Positions 23,901 through 31,446 are shown, counted from the stretch's first letter. The stretch: DNA of 32,000 bases from Halogeometricum borinquense DSM 11551 (GCF_000172995.2 NC_014729.1:1200001-1232000); one strand, 5' to 3'. Program-made: numbers and translations. Notes: generated from the sequence alone by a model not told the origin.

Positions 23901-24549
23901 GGTCCCCTTCGAGTTGACTGAGACGAGTTCGTTCTGCCTCCAAATCCGGCGCGTCCCGCCGCAGTTCCTCGACCTTATCGATAGCCGCCGCCGCCTCTTT
24001 CGTAGCACTAATTCCTCGTGTGGCGGGACTGGCCCCGTCAGTCAGGTCGAACTCACTACGGACTGCGTCGATATTGAACCCGCCAGTCGACTCACGCTGA
24101 ATGACGCTTGCAAACTCGCCGTCGTCCGTTTCCTCTTGCAACATGTCGTGCAACGACAATGCGTACCGACGACCACCATCCAACGACGGCACCGGGATCG
24201 CATCAGCGGGTTCGCCATCACGAAAGTGCTCACTGACGCCACCGTGCAGTTCGATCCGCCGCAATTCCCCATCGTAGGTAAGGTCAGTCCGAACAGTCGC
24301 CGACGACGGGGCTTCATCCGGCCATAAGGACCATCGGATCGCCTCTGCCAGCGTCGATTTACCAGCCGCATTCGCGCCGTAGACAACGTTGACTCCCGGC
24401 GAAAACCCATCAAGCGAGAATCCAGCCGTCTCAAACCCAGGCGCACGGTCAAGGGTAACAGCGTTAATTGCGACCGGGGTTTCTCGACCCTCTCCAGTGA
24501 CGCGGTCGGAATCGGTCTGGTCACCGTCAGTCGGGGCCGGCTCACTCAT
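20989..24549 (-). CDS. SbcC/Rad50-like SMC-type ATPase (YhaN-like) with a central hydrophobic hairpin and a C-terminal extension
   Basis: The ORF track gives 20989..24705. I place the start at ATG 24549 (MSEPAPTDGDQ...), which overlaps the upstream stop (ATGAGTGA at 24542..24549). The extra 52 codons are Arg/Ser-rich and lie inside the upstream gene. Walker A is VVYGANAAGKSTLAEAI (24352..24378). Long acidic heptad-like coiled-coil regions follow. The ABC signature is LSSGTRVQVLLAVRVAF and Walker B is PPLLLDETLAPFDD. Confidence 0.85.
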   Translation of the reverse strand: MSEPAPTDGDQTDSDRVTGEGRETPVAINAVTLDRAPGFETAGFSLDGFSPGVNVVYGANAAGKSTLAEAIRWSLWPDEAPSSATVRTDLTYDGELRRIELHGGVSEHFRDGEPADAIPVPSLDGGRRYALSLHDMLQEETDDGEFASVIQRESTGGFNIDAVRSEFDLTDGASPATRGISATKEAAAAIDKVEELRRDAPDLEAERTRLSQLEGDLAAAADASERVDLLETAIQYREAQDAYDQRVDEVTSFPDELASFDGDELDQLDDLDEQIAQQKRVEQEAAVKYREAADKLAGTELPEDGVADGVLQTLRGYRDDLDDAEDNRDRLQREVADAEAKRSEVREKIPLDLDGETLREVDTDDLAELRSFVSKVAEVDGKGQVEAAIDEWLAGESKESADRGTLESGRNALENWLAAPPEQAPDDTGSRGPVVAAITAGILTALSGVVIALTVNPAGGLLTLFGLALAGYAVLSARSDDTGTDNTARATHAETFRQTGLPEPDSWEPDGVRDRVADLRERLRVIEVDEQEAQKRDELRAQFDIDDIRDELETARDRLQNRFDTEVNDDIELAVTVERVERWQAADETVVGKQAALQEANDQVKTYREQFCATIEPYTTDAYSYTVETSADATAAVESLEQRQRDYENATQRLEEVDGSVAVAHEELDRYRADREELFTERGLEPGDRERLATLCEQYSEYEAAVEAKGTAETTLENRRSDLREHDAYEEEIEERDRDDLERELDEKREIANQYDELLQEKTTLEKEIEDAKASTEIADAVQERGEALRGLEEALEADVADAVTDTLLEFVEAETVSSNQEPVFQRADDLLRRITDGQFELRLDDGTFRAFDTGEQRRVDLNDLSSGTRVQVLLAVRVAFVEHREQETAPPLLLDETLAPFDDQRAETVLDTVIDLAREGRQVFYFTARHDERARWETRLEESDVEYSLQQLTASDGHDPVAEPPAVETAGSINVPAPDGDDHWSYRERLGVPTFDPRQGAASAPLWYVTEEPEVLYRLRCAGIERWGHLRSLLEIGAVDGLLSQSARKQVRRHGAALESFVEAYTVGRGKAVDRSVLEASGAVSNTFIDKVSELADRVDGDPEEILDALPDVSHFRQDKIEELQEYFRQENYLDPRPTRPDEQIRSTMVDTYCQHGLEPSTAATAADRLLDRISAAPDPIEKSD
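23122..23253 (-). other. Predicted two-helix transmembrane hairpin in the middle of the SMC-like coiled coil
   Basis: GPVVAAITAGILTALSGVVIALTVNPAGGLLTLFGLALAGYAVLSA is 44 uncharged residues with an NPAGG turn. Charged coiled-coil sequence flanks it on both sides. The protein has no CxxC hook motif anywhere. Confidence 0.6.
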
Positions 24550-25828
24550 CTGCGGGCACCCCCTGCTGCTCAACGAACACGTCGACGAGTTGCCGAGCTT
24601 GTCGCCGGAGTACTTCCTTCGTTTCAGCTTCCGTCGGGCGAGTGTACGTCTCGTCGTGGCTCTTGAGCTCCCGATACGCATTCGAGTCGTGGGTCTCGCG
24701 GACACTCGTATGAGCAGCCTCTATGACGTCCCGGTACGGATCCAGCGGTTCGTCATCGTCAAGGGCACGCAGCAACCCGGCCAAGTATCCGACCGGGTCA
24801 TCGTCGCCAGCGCGTTCAGCGAGCTCAATCGACGGTTTCGTATCGACAGTCACGTCGAGAACACGCACTGCCGTCCCGCCGTCCGTGAGCTCAATCTGTT
24901 CAAGCTCCCCGCGTCGGCTGCGCAGATCAGTGTCCGCATCCGTTCGTCCTGCAACCGTTACGGTGACCGCAAGGAGCTCGGTTTCGGAGCCGCACTTCGT
25001 GGCTGTCTCACGTAACTGCTCGTGAGTAGCATCGACGACGTCGTGGAATCCGTGGTCAGGTTCCGTCGAGACAACGACCTCCTCGTACTGCAGTGTCGCC
25101 GACCTCAGCGGCTCCGTCTCTACTGTCCCATCGCTCTCGACCGAGACAAGCCACGCACCGTGACCGCTAGTCTCACTCGGATCCAACGGTTGAAGCGACC
25201 CCGGATAGAGAACTGGCGGGTTCTCGTGACGGAGCCCTGGAACGTGGAGGTGGCCAAGAACCCACGCCGAATGCCCACTCGTCGCCAAGTCATCCACAGC
25301 GACCGGGGCGTACCGATCCTCCCCACTAACGTCTGCGTGGACGACGCCGAGACGCGGAACGCCCTCATCAACCAAATCATACGCATCCAACGGATTCTCG
25401 TGGTAGTACCGGCCAGGGAACGACCACCCGTCCACGTGAAGGCACGGCTCACCATCGGCGTCGGTCAAGGCTGTTCGCTCCCACGACCCATCCCGACCGA
25501 GCAACTGCAGATGCTCGATTGCCTCAGCCAAGTCCGGGAGTACGTCGGCGTCGTGGTTCCCAGCGACAGCAATGAGGGGAATACCAGCCTCTGCAAGTCT
25601 GGTCGCCACGGACTCAACGGCACCGAACGCTTCCGCATACCGGTTCTCCTGGTCAACCAGGTCACCCGCAACGACGACCGCATCAACTCCCTGAGTAACA
25701 GCCGACTCCGCGAGATTAGCCCAGATTGTACGGGGAGAAAAATCGGCCGGATCGAACCGGTCAGGGAGCCGGCTTGGACGACGCCCAATATGAATATCTG
25801 CTACACACAGAACCTCTACTGATGCCAT
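24542..25828 (-). CDS. Calcineurin-like metallophosphoesterase, SbcD/Mre11-like nuclease subunit (YhaO-like)
   Basis: 428-aa ORF. Phosphoesterase motifs appear in order: VLCVADIHIGRR, AVVVAGDLVDQ, AVAGNHD, VLGHLH. The gene is translationally coupled to the downstream SMC-like ATPase gene. Confidence 0.85.
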   Translation of the reverse strand: MASVEVLCVADIHIGRRPSRLPDRFDPADFSPRTIWANLAESAVTQGVDAVVVAGDLVDQENRYAEAFGAVESVATRLAEAGIPLIAVAGNHDADVLPDLAEAIEHLQLLGRDGSWERTALTDADGEPCLHVDGWSFPGRYYHENPLDAYDLVDEGVPRLGVVHADVSGEDRYAPVAVDDLATSGHSAWVLGHLHVPGLRHENPPVLYPGSLQPLDPSETSGHGAWLVSVESDGTVETEPLRSATLQYEEVVVSTEPDHGFHDVVDATHEQLRETATKCGSETELLAVTVTVAGRTDADTDLRSRRGELEQIELTDGGTAVRVLDVTVDTKPSIELAERAGDDDPVGYLAGLLRALDDDEPLDPYRDVIEAAHTSVRETHDSNAYRELKSHDETYTRPTEAETKEVLRRQARQLVDVFVEQQGVPADE

Positions 25829-25846
25829 CTAACAATCAAATAAGAA

Positions 25847-25855
25847 GATATTAAC
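25847..25855 (-). promoter_or_regulatory. TATA-like element upstream of the metallophosphoesterase/SMC-like operon
   Basis: The minus strand reads ttaatat (reverse complement of 25848..25854), 20-26 nt upstream of ATG 25828. Confidence 0.35.
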
Positions 25856-25963
25856 ATAAGCCCGGCGGTCGATCTGAGAGCAGTCGAGGAATTTCGGCAA
25901 ACGCCATCGTCTTGACATCGATCCACTTCGTGCGACCAAGCTTCCGTTCAGCTACAAATTGAC

Positions 25964-26104
25964 TCACACCCACTCAAGCACCGCATTGTGCTGCGCAACA
26001 TACTGCGGCTTCAAACCATCATCGGGAATTGAGATTCGTTCTCCTGCATGGTCCATAATCGTGCATTGGAGTACGTCGCTCTGTGTTTCGAAGCTCTGAT
26101 CTAC
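25964..26104 (-). pseudogene. Orphan 3' remnant (46 codons plus stop) of an HNH-nuclease gene paralogous to 27041..28033
   Basis: Minus-strand translation gives VDQSFETQSDVLQCTIMDHAGERISIPDDGLKPQYVAQHNAVLEWV*. The C-terminus of the 330-aa protein is VNPSFETQSDVLQRTILDRAGERISIPEESLNPQYVAQHNAALEWV*, so 36 of 46 residues are identical. At nucleotide level 25962..26101 against 27039..27178 is 118/140 identical and ungapped, by hand alignment. The remnant has no upstream coding continuation or start codon. Confidence 0.75.
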
Positions 26105-26976
26105 ACGAATTCAACTGGCTTTTCCTCGTCCTCTACGGGGATCGAATATTCGTTTTGGAGGCTGACCCGCCGTTCTACCAACTCTTCGGATAACTCCTCA
26201 CAGTGCGTCCGATACCGGTCGATTTCCTCTTGTAGTTCTTCGTACTCGTCAGCCGCCACCTCATCAAGGATACGACACAACTCGTCCTGGTGTTCTGACC
26301 AAATTTCCGCGTGTTCGTGTTGATCGCTATATTGATCGATTTGCTTGAAAATGGCACCATTGAGTGTCCGAATCCCTCCTTCATCGAACTCGCTCAACAA
26401 ACTGTGGTCTTCGAGGTATCGCTTCACAGCGGGCTCAAGCAAGCTGTTAATTTGACCCCCGAGATCGGCGATTTCGTTGAGGAGGTAGTCATGCGTCTGT
26501 ATCATCTTCCACAGGCGTGGTGCATCCCGTTCAAGTCGAGTGTAGAGATGCACGTCGTCCGTCTGCAGCAGCGAGACGGGTTCGGATTTCGAAGTATGCA
26601 TCCCATCAAAAGCTAGGCTCTTCCGCGGCGAATAGCTGCCCCAGTCGATCACAGATGAGCCTTCAACCGCCTCTATATTATTCCGCACAACCTCATGGTA
26701 CGGGATAAGAATCTCTTCCAATTCCTCCCGGATTATCGGCTTCTCCGCTTCTTTCACCCGTTCATCAACCAGTACCTGGTTCTGAAGAGCAGTCCACACC
26801 GTCGCAGTTGCTAACACGAGCGTACCGAGAACTCCTACGAGCGAGGCAGCGACGGATACCCGAGAATTGAGCGTTAGATTCGACCATTGAAACACTAAGT
26901 AACCCGAAACTACGACCAAGATGAATATGAACAGGCCGAGGAACACGAGCAGAGCATACTGAATACGGTTTCTCAT
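26101..26976 (-). CDS. Membrane protein of unknown function (two N-terminal TM helices plus a soluble helical domain)
   Basis: 291-aa ORF. The TM segments are YALLVFLGLFIFILVVVSGYLVF and VAASLVGVLGTLVLATATVW. Two 60-nt spot counts give 47% GC, against about 60% in a pAgo line. The stop codon lies inside the first bases of the HNH remnant. Confidence 0.7.
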   Translation of the reverse strand: MRNRIQYALLVFLGLFIFILVVVSGYLVFQWSNLTLNSRVSVAASLVGVLGTLVLATATVWTALQNQVLVDERVKEAEKPIIREELEEILIPYHEVVRNNIEAVEGSSVIDWGSYSPRKSLAFDGMHTSKSEPVSLLQTDDVHLYTRLERDAPRLWKMIQTHDYLLNEIADLGGQINSLLEPAVKRYLEDHSLLSEFDEGGIRTLNGAIFKQIDQYSDQHEHAEIWSEHQDELCRILDEVAADEYEELQEEIDRYRTHCEELSEELVERRVSLQNEYSIPVEDEEKPVEFV

Positions 26977-27038
26977 GAGGGTCTATCTCGACATTTGATG
27001 GCTTTTTGAATAATTTACCGCTACTAAATATGTGGCTC

Positions 27039-27178
27039 ACTCACACCCACTCAAGCGCCGCATTGTGCTGCGCAACGTACTGCGGGTTCAAACTCTCCTC
27101 TGGAATCGAGATCCGTTCTCCTGCACGGTCGAGAATCGTCCGTTGGAGCACATCACTTTGGGTCTCGAAGCTCGGATT
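27039..27178. repeat. Direct-repeat partner of 25962..26101 (the 3' end of the intact HNH gene)
   Basis: This is the same hand alignment as above. The copies are offset by 1077 nt and similarity starts 2 nt beyond the stop codon in both. Confidence 0.75.
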
Positions 27179-28033
27179 CACGCACAGCCGGTAGTCCTGA
27201 TCGATAGTGAATAGCTCCCGGTCGAACGCCGCGTGATGCGTCTTACTAAGAGCCAGTACGTTCGATAAATCGGCCCGGTATTCCGGGTAGTCATTCCACG
27301 ACAAGACATGGGCCACGTCCAACAGACCGGGATGATCCACCCCGGAAATCGGACACGTACGGTCGTGCCGAGACAACACGGTCGCACGGAACTCCGGATC
27401 GACCGACCGTGCATGGACCGTCGTTTCGTACGTCCCAGCACGCATCTCGGTATCGCTCACCGACGGTGTCCAGTCCGAATCAGCCCACACCTCCACCGCG
27501 CTCTCAACGAACTGTAGGCCGTTATCTGTCAACGCGTACTCGTCGCCGCGCTTCTCAACGAGTCCCATACTCCGCAGCCAATTCACCCTCTGCTTCGCCA
27601 TATCCGTCTCGCCACGGCTCCACCCTAACTCCGGATGCGTATCGAGCTGCTGCTCACTCACCTCTGCAAGCGTCATCGGGCCAGCAGCCAACGCATACAT
27701 GAGACTCCTCAGCCCGACGTTCCGATCACACATAATTCGCAGCAGCGTCGCCACATCACCCTGCTCAACGTACTCCCGACCAGCACCACCAAGCTCCCAG
27801 TGATCGTTTACCTGGCGGAGAAACCCGACCTGCTGTAAATAACTCACCCGCCGCATAATCGAATCCCGACTAGAAACGTTCTGGAACGAACCACGGTGCC
27901 ACCCAACGAGTTCATCCGACGTCGGCTGATGCGCTCCAACGAAGTCGAGAACCGCATCCAATGTCTCGACATATCGTGTCCCCCCACCAAACATCGGAAC
28001 GATACTACGGAGCCGATCTGGAGGCATGAACAA
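27041..28033 (-). CDS. HNH endonuclease (HNH_2 / putative restriction endonuclease type) with N-terminal winged-helix-like domains
   Basis: 330-aa ORF. The C-terminal HNH core reads CPISGVDHPGLLDVAHVLSWNDYPEYRADLSNVLALSKTHHAAFDRELFTID. The N-terminal approximately 180 aa contain two HTH-like segments (IMRRVSYLQQVGFL and RVNWLRSMGLVEKRGDEYALT). Confidence 0.8.
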   Translation of the reverse strand: MFMPPDRLRSIVPMFGGGTRYVETLDAVLDFVGAHQPTSDELVGWHRGSFQNVSSRDSIMRRVSYLQQVGFLRQVNDHWELGGAGREYVEQGDVATLLRIMCDRNVGLRSLMYALAAGPMTLAEVSEQQLDTHPELGWSRGETDMAKQRVNWLRSMGLVEKRGDEYALTDNGLQFVESAVEVWADSDWTPSVSDTEMRAGTYETTVHARSVDPEFRATVLSRHDRTCPISGVDHPGLLDVAHVLSWNDYPEYRADLSNVLALSKTHHAAFDRELFTIDQDYRLCVNPSFETQSDVLQRTILDRAGERISIPEESLNPQYVAQHNAALEWV

Positions 28034-28107
28034 ACAGTGACAGAGCCGGATGATGATCCTTTCCCCAGGAGAGATTAACTCCGAGGCTGGCCGAGAGTTG
28101 TCGAAGG

Positions 28108-28350
28108 CTATGCTTGTGAGGAGTCCTCAATTGGTGGCCGCAAGTCACGCCACCGGAAATCGACTTCCTCACCTGAATCAAATGCAACCCGGTAGATCTG
28201 ACCATCCCGCTCGTCAGCGGTGAGCGAATCCGCATCATCACTCAAAACTGAAACGACCCGGCCGTGCTCCCCGTGATACACCTGATGATCAGGATCCGTC
28301 TCATCAGGAATATCGACCCGGACGCGATCACCCTCAGAGAAGCGCTGCAT
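28108..28350 (-). CDS. Small acidic hypothetical protein (possible SH3/KOW-like beta barrel)
   Basis: 80-aa ORF with haloarchaeal composition (FSEGDRVRVDIP...HGRVVSV...IYRVAF). It has no recognisable catalytic motif. Confidence 0.5.
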   Translation of the reverse strand: MQRFSEGDRVRVDIPDETDPDHQVYHGEHGRVVSVLSDDADSLTADERDGQIYRVAFDSGEEVDFRWRDLRPPIEDSSQA

Positions 28351-28407
28351 TATCGGACCAGACGACAGCGATGGTTATCAGCACTTGGTATCTACGACTG
28401 CTCGTAG

Positions 28408-29790
28408 TTAGAGCGGGTGCCGGGTCGGTGTCACTCCCGCAGCAGAAATTGAGAGTTCCGTCACAAACGCCTCATGATCTCGGTACGCCGGCCCGACGCG
28501 TACGGCCGGTCCCGTGTATAACACCGGCGTTCCATCTTCCGTCTCGAACGAATACCCGTTCTCGAAGTCATCGTACTTAGGCCGGTGCTCATCGCCCACT
28601 AGCACACAGTCGAACGAGACGCGTGACTGCGCGAGCAACTCGTCGAGATTGACATCCGCAGTCGAACGATTCCGGTACGGCGTCACGCCATCGTGGAGAC
28701 ACAGCACATTCGGTCCCGGCGACGCCGCACCGAAGGCAATCTCCGACGGACGCCACCCCAGCGACTCGTACTTTCCGACATCGTCGAGTCCAACGTTCTC
28801 CGCTGAGACCCCGTATGCGTCAAGCGGACCGCCAGCAACCGACGTCGGGCTGGCCGATAACTCGATGAGGTACTCGTTTCGAACCTGGTCTTTCAGCCAT
28901 GCAATCCCATCTACAGAGTTCGAATAGTACGGAATCGCCGCGTTGTGATCGTGTGTCCCGAGAATACAGTACACTGGGATATCACTGAGAGCCAAGTCAC
29001 GCAAACTCGACTCAGCAGCGTCGAGTGTCACCGCGTCCACCTCGTGATCCAGCACATCCCCGGTGTGAATCACCGCATCAACGTCACGCTCCATCGCAAT
29101 CGTTCGAATCCGTCGAATCGTATCCCGACTATCAATCTCGTCAATCCACGGTACTGTCTTCCCACTCCCGGTCTCCGCACGATTCTCGTACCCGAGATGC
29201 GTATCACTCACGAACAACACACTCGTCGATTCACCACGTCCCCCCAGTCCCGCCCGGTCCCCCGCCCGACGAACTCGCTCTCGATCAAGCAACACGTCAA
29301 CCCCGTCATCAGGCCGATCAGCCGCAGGTTCCGCTGGGAATTCAGCCAGCAGCGAGATCGCCCAATCAACCTCCGCAGACGAGACGTTTACCGGAAGCAC
29401 TTCTCCGGACTCCGGCGCAACCGGTAACCTCGCCCCGGTCGGCACATACCGGCGATCCTCCTCTCGCGGCTCCGCCACCGTAATCGCCGAAAACTCCGTT
29501 ACCCGCTCCCCATTCCCATGTCGCCGCGCGTAATCCTTCCGCTTCCCCAAATTCCGCCTCTTCTGCTGCGCCCCGTAACACGACGCCTCATCAGCCAGCA
29601 ACTCATCACCGTACAGCACGGACCGCAACGCCAACTTCCACTCCGAATCCACCCCCGTAGGCAGAGACCCATACAGAACAGAAAGAGAATCGTATAACTC
29701 AGTCAACTCATTCCCAGAACCCATCGTATACAGTACCTCAATTTTGCCAAGTGATAGCAATTTCTCTCCACGCCTCCCCTCAATTCTCAA
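28408..29790 (-). CDS. Metallophosphoesterase (Mre11/SbcD-like fold) with an N-terminal domain of about 190 aa and unknown function
   Basis: 460-aa ORF. Motifs appear in order: SVLFVSDTHLGYEN, AVIHTGDVLDHE, CILGTHDHN, LCLHDG, VLVGDEHRP. An alternative start is M23 (ATG 29724). Confidence 0.75.
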   Translation of the reverse strand: MRIEGRRGEKLLSLGKIEVLYTMGSGNELTELYDSLSVLYGSLPTGVDSEWKLALRSVLYGDELLADEASCYGAQQKRRNLGKRKDYARRHGNGERVTEFSAITVAEPREEDRRYVPTGARLPVAPESGEVLPVNVSSAEVDWAISLLAEFPAEPAADRPDDGVDVLLDRERVRRAGDRAGLGGRGESTSVLFVSDTHLGYENRAETGSGKTVPWIDEIDSRDTIRRIRTIAMERDVDAVIHTGDVLDHEVDAVTLDAAESSLRDLALSDIPVYCILGTHDHNAAIPYYSNSVDGIAWLKDQVRNEYLIELSASPTSVAGGPLDAYGVSAENVGLDDVGKYESLGWRPSEIAFGAASPGPNVLCLHDGVTPYRNRSTADVNLDELLAQSRVSFDCVLVGDEHRPKYDDFENGYSFETEDGTPVLYTGPAVRVGPAYRDHEAFVTELSISAAGVTPTRHPL

Positions 29791-29960
29791 TAACCAATCA
29801 AAACGGGCTATCCTGGACCTCTTGAAATAGTGATTTGCAGAAGAGCGGCTCTTCCCGCAAGGGGTTGCGAATTAGGTGAGAAGTTGCCTTCTCAGCAACT
29901 CGCCAGACGTGATGAGGGCTTCAATAAAGCTGCTTCATCACATTGCGATTCAGACGTCCG

Positions 29961-29980
29961 TTCTATAATTAGTATTATCT
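29961..29980 (+). promoter_or_regulatory. AT-rich TATA-like region upstream of the 480-aa GHKL ATPase gene
   Basis: ttctataattagtattatct lies 24-43 nt upstream of ATG 30004, within a 213-bp divergent intergenic region. Confidence 0.3.
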
Positions 29981-30003
29981 GACTGTATAGCGACCAAATT
30001 TGT

Positions 30004-31446
30004 ATGTCAACGTCAACGCGAGAATTCGACTTGAATATGGAGGAAGTCCTTGAGGCGTGGGGACCAGCAGACGCAGCACGCGAAATCATTGCGAATGCCC
30101 TTGACGAAGCCGCCCTCACGGACACGGATGATCCAGATATCTATAGCGAGGCCGGCGCATGGCATATCCGAGACTATGGACGCGGATTCCGGTACGAGCA
30201 TCTCACCCAGGCCGAAGACGAAGAGAAGCTAAACAACCCTGACAAGGTGATCGGGAAGTTCGGCGTCGGGATCAAGGACGCAATTGCGACCTGTCACCGG
30301 CACGGCATCGACATTACGATTCATTCACCGCACAACACGTTCACGGTAAAGGAAGCCCCGAAACACGGATTCGAGGAAATTGAGACACTTCACGTTGAAA
30401 TCCACCCACCGGAGAAAGACATTGAAGGTACAGAGGTTGTGCTGGATGGAATCACGGACGAGGATATTGAGGCGGCAAAGCAGAACTTCATTGATTACAC
30501 TGACGCAGAACTACTGGAACAAACCCGGTTTGGGGACGTGTACAAAGTCTCTGACACCGAGGAGGCGTCGGTGTTCGTGAGCGGACTTCGAGTAGCATCA
30601 GAGCCGAACTTCCTGTTTAGCTACAATATCACGAACACGACGAAGAAAATCAACGACGCACTGAATCGTGAGCGGTCGAACGTAGGGCGGACAGCGTACT
30701 CAACACGAGTGAAGAAAATCCTGCAAGCCTGTGAATCAGAAACTGTGGCATCGCGGCTAGTCGATGATTTGAACGAGTTCGTAACGGGTGAGACCCACGA
30801 CGAGTTAGACTGGAAACCGGTGCAAGTCCACGCGGTCAAGATCCTGAACGCGGAACGGGATGTCGTGGTGGCGACACATGACGAGCAGCATCGTAGCCAG
30901 AACTTGTTCGACAATGCTCGCTCAGACGGCTATGAGATCGTTACTATCCCGGACCGAATCAAGCCGGATATCGAGGACACCACTGACGTCAACGGCGACC
31001 CGATCCGTGGGGCCGAAGAATATCGTGAGGAGTTCAGAGAGTCGTTCAGCTACGAGTTCATCGACGAGGCAGATCTCACCGATGAGGAACTGGAGACGTG
31101 GGAGTTGCGGCACGCCGCGTTCTCGTGGGTTGCACTACCGGGTGAGGAGTGGGAAGCGAAAGTTTCCGAGTCGCTGCGGGCAACAGATCCATCAAGGATG
31201 GTGACCTGCGAACACGACGATGAACTGATTATCGTCCACAGAGATCTCCTGACGTACGATACCCAGTCGTTTCTTCGCAGTCTGGTAGACATCGTCGCGT
31301 TCGCTCATGGAGGCGAGCTACTCCACAGAGAGATGCTGGCAGACATCGCTGGTGCTGTCAGTGCTGAATTGATCGGAGCGGCCGGACAGGCAGACAGCGA
31401 TCCTGTGTTTCCCGGAAAACAACGGGAACCAGAACCGGACGAATAG
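30004..31446 (+). CDS. GHKL-superfamily ATPase (HATPase_c_3 / MORC-like Bergerat fold)
   Basis: 480-aa ORF. The N-box is AREIIANALDEA, G1 is WHIRDYGRGFRYEHL and G2 is VIGKFGVGIKDAIA. The C-terminal approximately 250 aa are unassigned. Confidence 0.75.
   Translation: MSTSTREFDLNMEEVLEAWGPADAAREIIANALDEAALTDTDDPDIYSEAGAWHIRDYGRGFRYEHLTQAEDEEKLNNPDKVIGKFGVGIKDAIATCHRHGIDITIHSPHNTFTVKEAPKHGFEEIETLHVEIHPPEKDIEGTEVVLDGITDEDIEAAKQNFIDYTDAELLEQTRFGDVYKVSDTEEASVFVSGLRVASEPNFLFSYNITNTTKKINDALNRERSNVGRTAYSTRVKKILQACESETVASRLVDDLNEFVTGETHDELDWKPVQVHAVKILNAERDVVVATHDEQHRSQNLFDNARSDGYEIVTIPDRIKPDIEDTTDVNGDPIRGAEEYREEFRESFSYEFIDEADLTDEELETWELRHAAFSWVALPGEEWEAKVSESLRATDPSRMVTCEHDDELIIVHRDLLTYDTQSFLRSLVDIVAFAHGGELLHREMLADIAGAVSAELIGAAGQADSDPVFPGKQREPEPDE

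Noticed and set aside
24550-24705. A 52-codon N-terminal extension of the SMC-like ORF. The track lists it as 20989..24705 (1238 aa).
   Set aside because: The extension (MSARPTTRMRIGSSRATTRRTLARRKLKRRK...) is Arg/Ser-rich, unlike the acidic remainder, and lies wholly inside the 3' end of the metallophosphoesterase gene. The internal ATG at 24549 gives a classic start/stop overlap with that gene, followed by an acidic N-terminus and then the Walker A motif.
2378-25822. Many long alternative-frame or antisense ORFs inside the large genes. Examples are 2378..2980+, 3550..4179+, 4224..4949-, 5715..6464+, 6825..7445+, 9075..9623+, 15648..16391+, 21598..22275+, 23183..23824+ and 25022..25822+.
   Set aside because: Their products are Arg/Ser/Pro/Thr-rich and low-complexity, with no motifs. 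Each overlaps a frame with clear domain signatures. High GC content keeps stop codons rare in off-frames, so these ORFs are expected by chance.
29725-29790. Uncertainty over the start of the 460-aa metallophosphoesterase (ATG 29790 or ATG 29724).
   Set aside because: This is not a separate feature. The first 22 codons (MRIEGRRGEKLLSLGKIEVLYT) are basic and atypical, so the shorter form may be the real one. I found no decisive promoter signal for either start and kept the longer coordinates.
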